The translations under genes and the position numbers were made by a program. From Polysphondylium violaceum (taxonomy: Eukaryota): a stretch of DNA of 36,012 bases. The stretch's first letter is position 1, and every line of letters starts with the position of its first letter. Where the stretch lies: the NCBI GenBank assembly GCA_000277445.1, contig AJWJ01000015.1, forward strand, positions 1 to 36,012, given 5' to 3'. This document shows positions 32,345-36,012 of this stretch, piece by piece. Below the pieces are notes generated by a model. It saw only the letters and a program-made list of their open reading frames with translations. It was not told the DNA's origin and did no database searches.

Positions 32345-33533
32345 ATGGGTATTACTTCATCCACAGAGCAAAAATCAAATATACAGTCGAGCAATGCTAA
32401 TGCGGATCAACAGCAACAGAGATACATTCAGCAACAGCTACAACAACACCAACAAAAGCAATTGCAACAACAACAACAGCAACAACAGCAATTACAACAA
32501 CAGCAGCAACAACAACAATCATATAATCAAAAGATTAATCAAACTACAGTCAGACCACAACAACAACAACAGCCTTATAAACCTTTGCCTATATATTTAA
32601 CTCCACAACAACAACAATACTATAGACAACAGCAACAGCAACAACAAGGCTCTAAATCATATGGACAGAGCATGGGTCAATCCCCTAGATCTATACCCTC
32701 AAGTGGTAGCAATACAGGTAAAACTCCTTCAGAGTTTAATGTACTAAGTATGCTCTATACTATTAAAACCACGTACTCTACAGTATACCTCTATTAACAC
32801 AACAATACTTTTTAGTGTCACCACCATCGTCACCTTTGGTAGGTCCAATGGCAAATACAGCAATCATCGATCCACCCATACCAACAGTTTTTACATGGAC
32901 AGGAGGAGGAAAGGAAGTTTATATTTCAGGATCATTTAACAATTGGAAAGAAAAGATACCATTATCACACAGTGAAAAGGATTTTACTCTTATCTATAAC
33001 CTACCACCAGGTGTTCATCAATATAAATACATTGTCGATGGTAAATGGATTCATTCAACCGAGCAACCAGTCGCTGCCGACATCAAAGGTAATCTTTTAA
33101 ATTTTGTTGAAGTTAAATCAAAAGACCCAAGTAATGATTTAAATACATTAAAATGTAATACTCTTATTATTATTATTATTATTACAATGAACACCATGAT
33201 ATTAACAGACACACAATATACACCACTATAGTATCAACTACACCACCAGGATCATATAGTAAAAATATACCAGAGGAGGAGTTTCAAAAGATTCCACCAC
33301 CTTCTTTACCACCTCATCTAAGAAGGGCATTGTTAAATACTCAACCATCAACAGAGGATCCAACTCTTTTACCCTTACCTCATCATGTAATGCTTAATCA
33401 TCTCTATTCTTTACCAAGAAAGGATAAAGTTACAATTTTAGGTGTGACACATAGATACAAAACTAAATTTGTAACAACAGTACTTTATAAACCTGTAAAT
33501 GAATCTTCATTGGATAATTTAGATAGTAGTTAA
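32345..33533 (+). CDS. prkab: AMP-activated protein kinase beta subunit (CBM48 glycogen-binding domain plus the C-terminal alpha/gamma-interaction domain); 3 exons: 32345..32747, 32816..33154, 33232..33533 (about 347 aa)
   Basis: Exon 1 starts MGITSSTEQK (an N-myristoylation-type MG start, as in AMPK beta), followed by a long polyQ tract. A GTATGC donor (phase 1) and TTTAG acceptor lead to (M)SPPSS...PTVFTWTGGGKEVYISGSFNNWKEKIPLSHSEKDFTLIYNLPPGVHQYKYIVDGKWIHSTEQPVAADIKGNLLNFVEVKSKD (CBM48, near-identical motif order to human PRKAB1/2). A GTAATA donor and 77-nt intron precede (L)STTPPGSYSKN...PPSLPPHLRRALLN...LPLPHHVMLNHLYSLPRKDKVTILGVTHRYKTKFVTTVLYKP*. Confidence 0.8.
32420..32535 (+). repeat. 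(CAA/CAG)n polyglutamine-coding repeat inside the AMPK-beta first exon
   Basis: caacagcaacagagatacattcagcaacagctacaacaacaccaacaaaagcaattgcaacaacaacaacagcaacaacagcaattacaacaacagcagcaacaacaacaa encodes QQQQRYIQQQLQQHQQKQLQQQQQQQQQLQQQQQQQQ. Confidence 0.9.
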
Positions 33534-34262
33534 GATACCTTTTAGAACACAAGAAGAGAAAAGATTAACGACACCCCACCTGCCATCCAAAGAAATAGAG
33601 AAAAAGAGAAAGAGATAAATTTGTTTTATTATATAGCTATATATATTTTCACACCCACAACATCTATATTTATATTCCAATACATACTAAATCTAATCAT
33701 AATAATTAATATAATAATAATCATAATAATAATAAAACCTTCAAGGTACTTTTTTTTGTAAATATTAAAAATTATGATTATGGCAAAGAATCTCTTTTTT
33801 ATTTATTTTTTTGTTTATAAAAACTCCTGTTATTCAACACAATAGTATTAGTTATTAGTACAAGTCGTTGTTGTTGTTGTTGATTATTTGGGATTTATAT
33901 AATAAAGGCTAAGATGGTGGTGTGTTTTGTATTTTTTGTTATTTTTTTTTTTGTTTTTTTATGTAAGAATGAATATTGAAAAAGTATATTATTATTATTA
34001 TTATTAACTAACTAATTAATTAAAAAGATTATAATTGCCATTGAACTAAAGGGATGGGGTATGGTGAGCGGGAGAAAATAAATATTGATGTGGATAAAAT
34101 ATTGAATCAATTTGTTTGAGGGGGTGAAATTATCTGGAATTATCTGGAAATTGATCAATCACAAAGGTGGAATGTATTTGGGCGGGTTTGGAGCAATGAC
34201 AATGATAATGGTAATAATTAAAATAAAATTAATCAATGATGTTGATGATGATTTTAAAATAA

Positions 34263-36012
34263 TTATTCAGAAAATGGATCATAGGGATTAAAGTTTTCTT
34301 GTGTATATTTTGGACATGGTACCAAGAGCGGATAGTCATTGCATTTCTCAACCAACTCAATGAGAGTATTGTAAACGGCAGTTTTTCCTTGAATCTTGAA
34401 CCCAGTAAAACTATTTTCATCAATTAATTGAATTCTACGATGTTGATTATTTTTCATAGATAAAGTGAAAGGACATGTCTTTGGTTCTGTAGAACTTAAT
34501 CTAATTAAAAATGAACCTTCAGGTGCTTTTAATAATCTTGCGGTTGCTTGTTCTCTATAAATATCACCATGGAACCAAACTTTTGCTGATAATTTATTAA
34601 TCTATATGATGATGAGTAATCGATTAGTATTAGGTATTTGTATAAACTCAAAAATCAATAATCAATAAACAACATACATTTTCAATAACATCAATACCAC
34701 TGTTTGAAGCCTCAAAGAAAGAACCAAACCATTTCATAACTTTATCAAATCTTTCCATAGTGACCACTTGTTTGGTTTTCTGGACGGTTTGATGAGATTG
34801 TTGTACCAAAAGGTCTTTTAATGGAGAGTAATCAATTGGAGTGGCGTTGGCATTAAAGGGTAAGTGTAATTGTCTTAGAGTCTTTTCAAAATCAGACCAT
34901 TCGACCTCTTCCAAAAGTTCTTGTTTTGGAAGAAGGAAATGCTCTTTCCAATACTTTCTACCGTCGTCAAACTCGATGGCACAATCAATCAAAATTTCAT
35001 TTAAACGGAAGAGGATCTCTGAAAAAGAGGGTCTGTTTTGTGGATTGTGATCCCAACAGGTTTGTATCAAATGTCGCAAACTTGGTAGAGTGTCAATTGG
35101 GATTGGTGGTCTTTCTCTCTCATTACACACTGCATTAAAGAATATATCATAGTCTTTGTGGTGTGCATAGGGTGGTTCTTTTGTCAAGATTTCCCACAAA
35201 ATAATACCAAAACTATAAACATCTGCTTTTTCATTATAAGGATTTCCCATCATAACCTCTGGTGCCATCCAAAGTGCTTTAAAATATTAATTTTAATATT
35301 AATATCAAAACTATTATTATTATTATTATTATTATTACTATTACTATTATTACTACTATTGTTACTTACGAGTTCCTTTGGCAGCTTTATCTTGAAACTC
35401 TTCACCTTCTTTAATTTGACTGAAACCAAAATCAGTTACTTTAACTCTGAGATTAATGTCAACTAAAAGATTTGCAGTCTTGAGATCATTGTGTACAATT
35501 CTAGTGATACCGTGTAACCAGTTCATACCCAATGCAGCATCCTTTGCCATTTGCATTCTTCTAAATAAACTAAATTCCTTTTTCGTTCTATCATTATGAA
35601 GAAGTTTTTCTAAATCTGTTTGACACAATTCTGTAACAATTTGCATTTTTCCCGATTGAGTGCAAGCTCCTAAAAATAATACTACATTTGGATGAAATAT
35701 TTTACTATATACATAAAGGTAAATATAAATATTAATATCACACAGACACAAACCTATATCAATCTATCAATCCACTAATCTATCACTATCTAGATTAATC
35801 AATGACTGCATACCTCATAATTTTAACTTCATGTCTAAAACTAGTCAATTCATAAAGATTCAACTTTTGTTTTCTTGGCACTTTGACTGCTACCTCTTGA
35901 CCACGACATCTACCTTTATACACTGAACCAAATGAACCTTGACCCAAGAAATCCAATTTTAAATCATATTCAATTTCTTCTGGTAAAATCTCAGGTGGAC
36001 CCGATGCTTTTC
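34263..36012 (-). CDS. Shk-family dual-specificity protein kinase with C-terminal SH2 domain, 5'-partial (start lies beyond the window end); exons: 35814..>36012, 35370..35704, 34678..35276, 34263..34601
   Basis: The kinase N-lobe reads LGQGSFGSVYKGRCRGQEVAVKVP...FRHEVKIM(S) followed by a GTATGC donor. Then KIFHPNVVLFLGACTQ...IVHNDLKTANLLVD...VKVTDFGFS (HRD-like and DFG motifs)|GTAAGT. Then (P)LWMAPEVMMGNPYNEKADVYSFGIILWEILT...(APE and the C-lobe)...GIDVIEN|GTATGT. Finally INKLSAKVWFHGDIYREQATARLLKAPEGSFLIRLSSTEPKTCPFTLSMKNNQHRRIQLIDENSFTG...*, a canonical SH2 (W-x-H-G...FLIR-S...). This kinase-then-SH2 order is the hallmark of dictyostelid Shk kinases. Confidence 0.8.
35286..35350. repeat. 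(TTA/TAA)n trinucleotide microsatellite inside an intron of the Shk-type kinase gene
   Basis: ctattattattattattattattattactattactattattactactatt produces the spurious poly-Leu ORF 35158..35466(+). Confidence 0.9.

Noticed and set aside
32102-32394. Minus-strand ORFs encoding (YLSI)n, and plus ORF 32310..32600
   Set aside because: These are artefacts of reading through the (GATA)n microsatellite and the N-rich alternative frame of the AMPK-beta polyQ region.
35158-35466. 102-aa ORF with a poly-Leu run on the plus strand
   Set aside because: It is produced by the (TTA)n intronic microsatellite of the kinase gene. It is antisense to a real exon.
1-36012. Search for prokaryotic defence or mobile systems (CRISPR repeats, restriction-modification or toxin-antitoxin operons, integrases, IS elements), and for tRNA or rRNA genes
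   Set aside because: The window is eukaryotic with spliced genes. I see no spacer-repeat arrays, no tRNA cloverleaf candidates (no GGTTCGAATCC-like T-arm boxes), and no transposase or reverse-transcriptase ORFs. The only repeats are microsatellites and the coding tandem array.

Overview
This window is eukaryotic, not prokaryotic. The evidence is roughly 75-80% AT with extremely AT-rich intergenic DNA, (CAA)n polyQ runs inside coding sequence, and short AT-rich introns (57-117 nt, most 57-95) with GTAAGT/GTATGT donors and TAG acceptors. The sequence therefore looks like a dictyostelid social amoeba, most like Dictyostelium discoideum.

I find no CRISPR arrays, operons, phage or plasmid modules, rRNA, or convincing tRNA.

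The window holds about 13 protein-coding genes, mostly spliced. Gene models were built by hand from the ORF track plus splice-site and phase logic:
- V-ATPase subunit G (+).
- An Mss4-like Rab GEF (-).
- A 1282-aa secreted Cys-rich protein (+) made almost entirely of a homogenised 213-bp tandem array of C-T-x-D-x-C (Dicty_CTDC-type) repeats. It sits behind a 2.8-kb promoter with CA-rich boxes.
- A NUDT5-like Nudix ADP-sugar pyrophosphatase (-).
- An MFS_2/GPH-family transporter (+).
- A trehalose-6-phosphate synthase/phosphatase fusion (+).
- A roughly 2,100-aa separase (-).
- A Q/N-rich coiled-coil protein of unknown function (-), with an apparent frameshift in an A8 run.
- An MDR-family Zn-dependent oxidoreductase (-).
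- A fungal (Taka-)type GH13 alpha-amylase (+) with unusually GC-rich codon use.
- A RacE-like Rho GTPase (-) with a 9-nt first coding exon.
- An AMPK beta subunit (+), downstream of a (GATA)n microsatellite.
- A partial Shk-type kinase with a C-terminal SH2 domain (-), running off the window end.

Some exon borders may be off by about 1 nt. In places my reading of the text and the supplied ORF track disagree by a single base.
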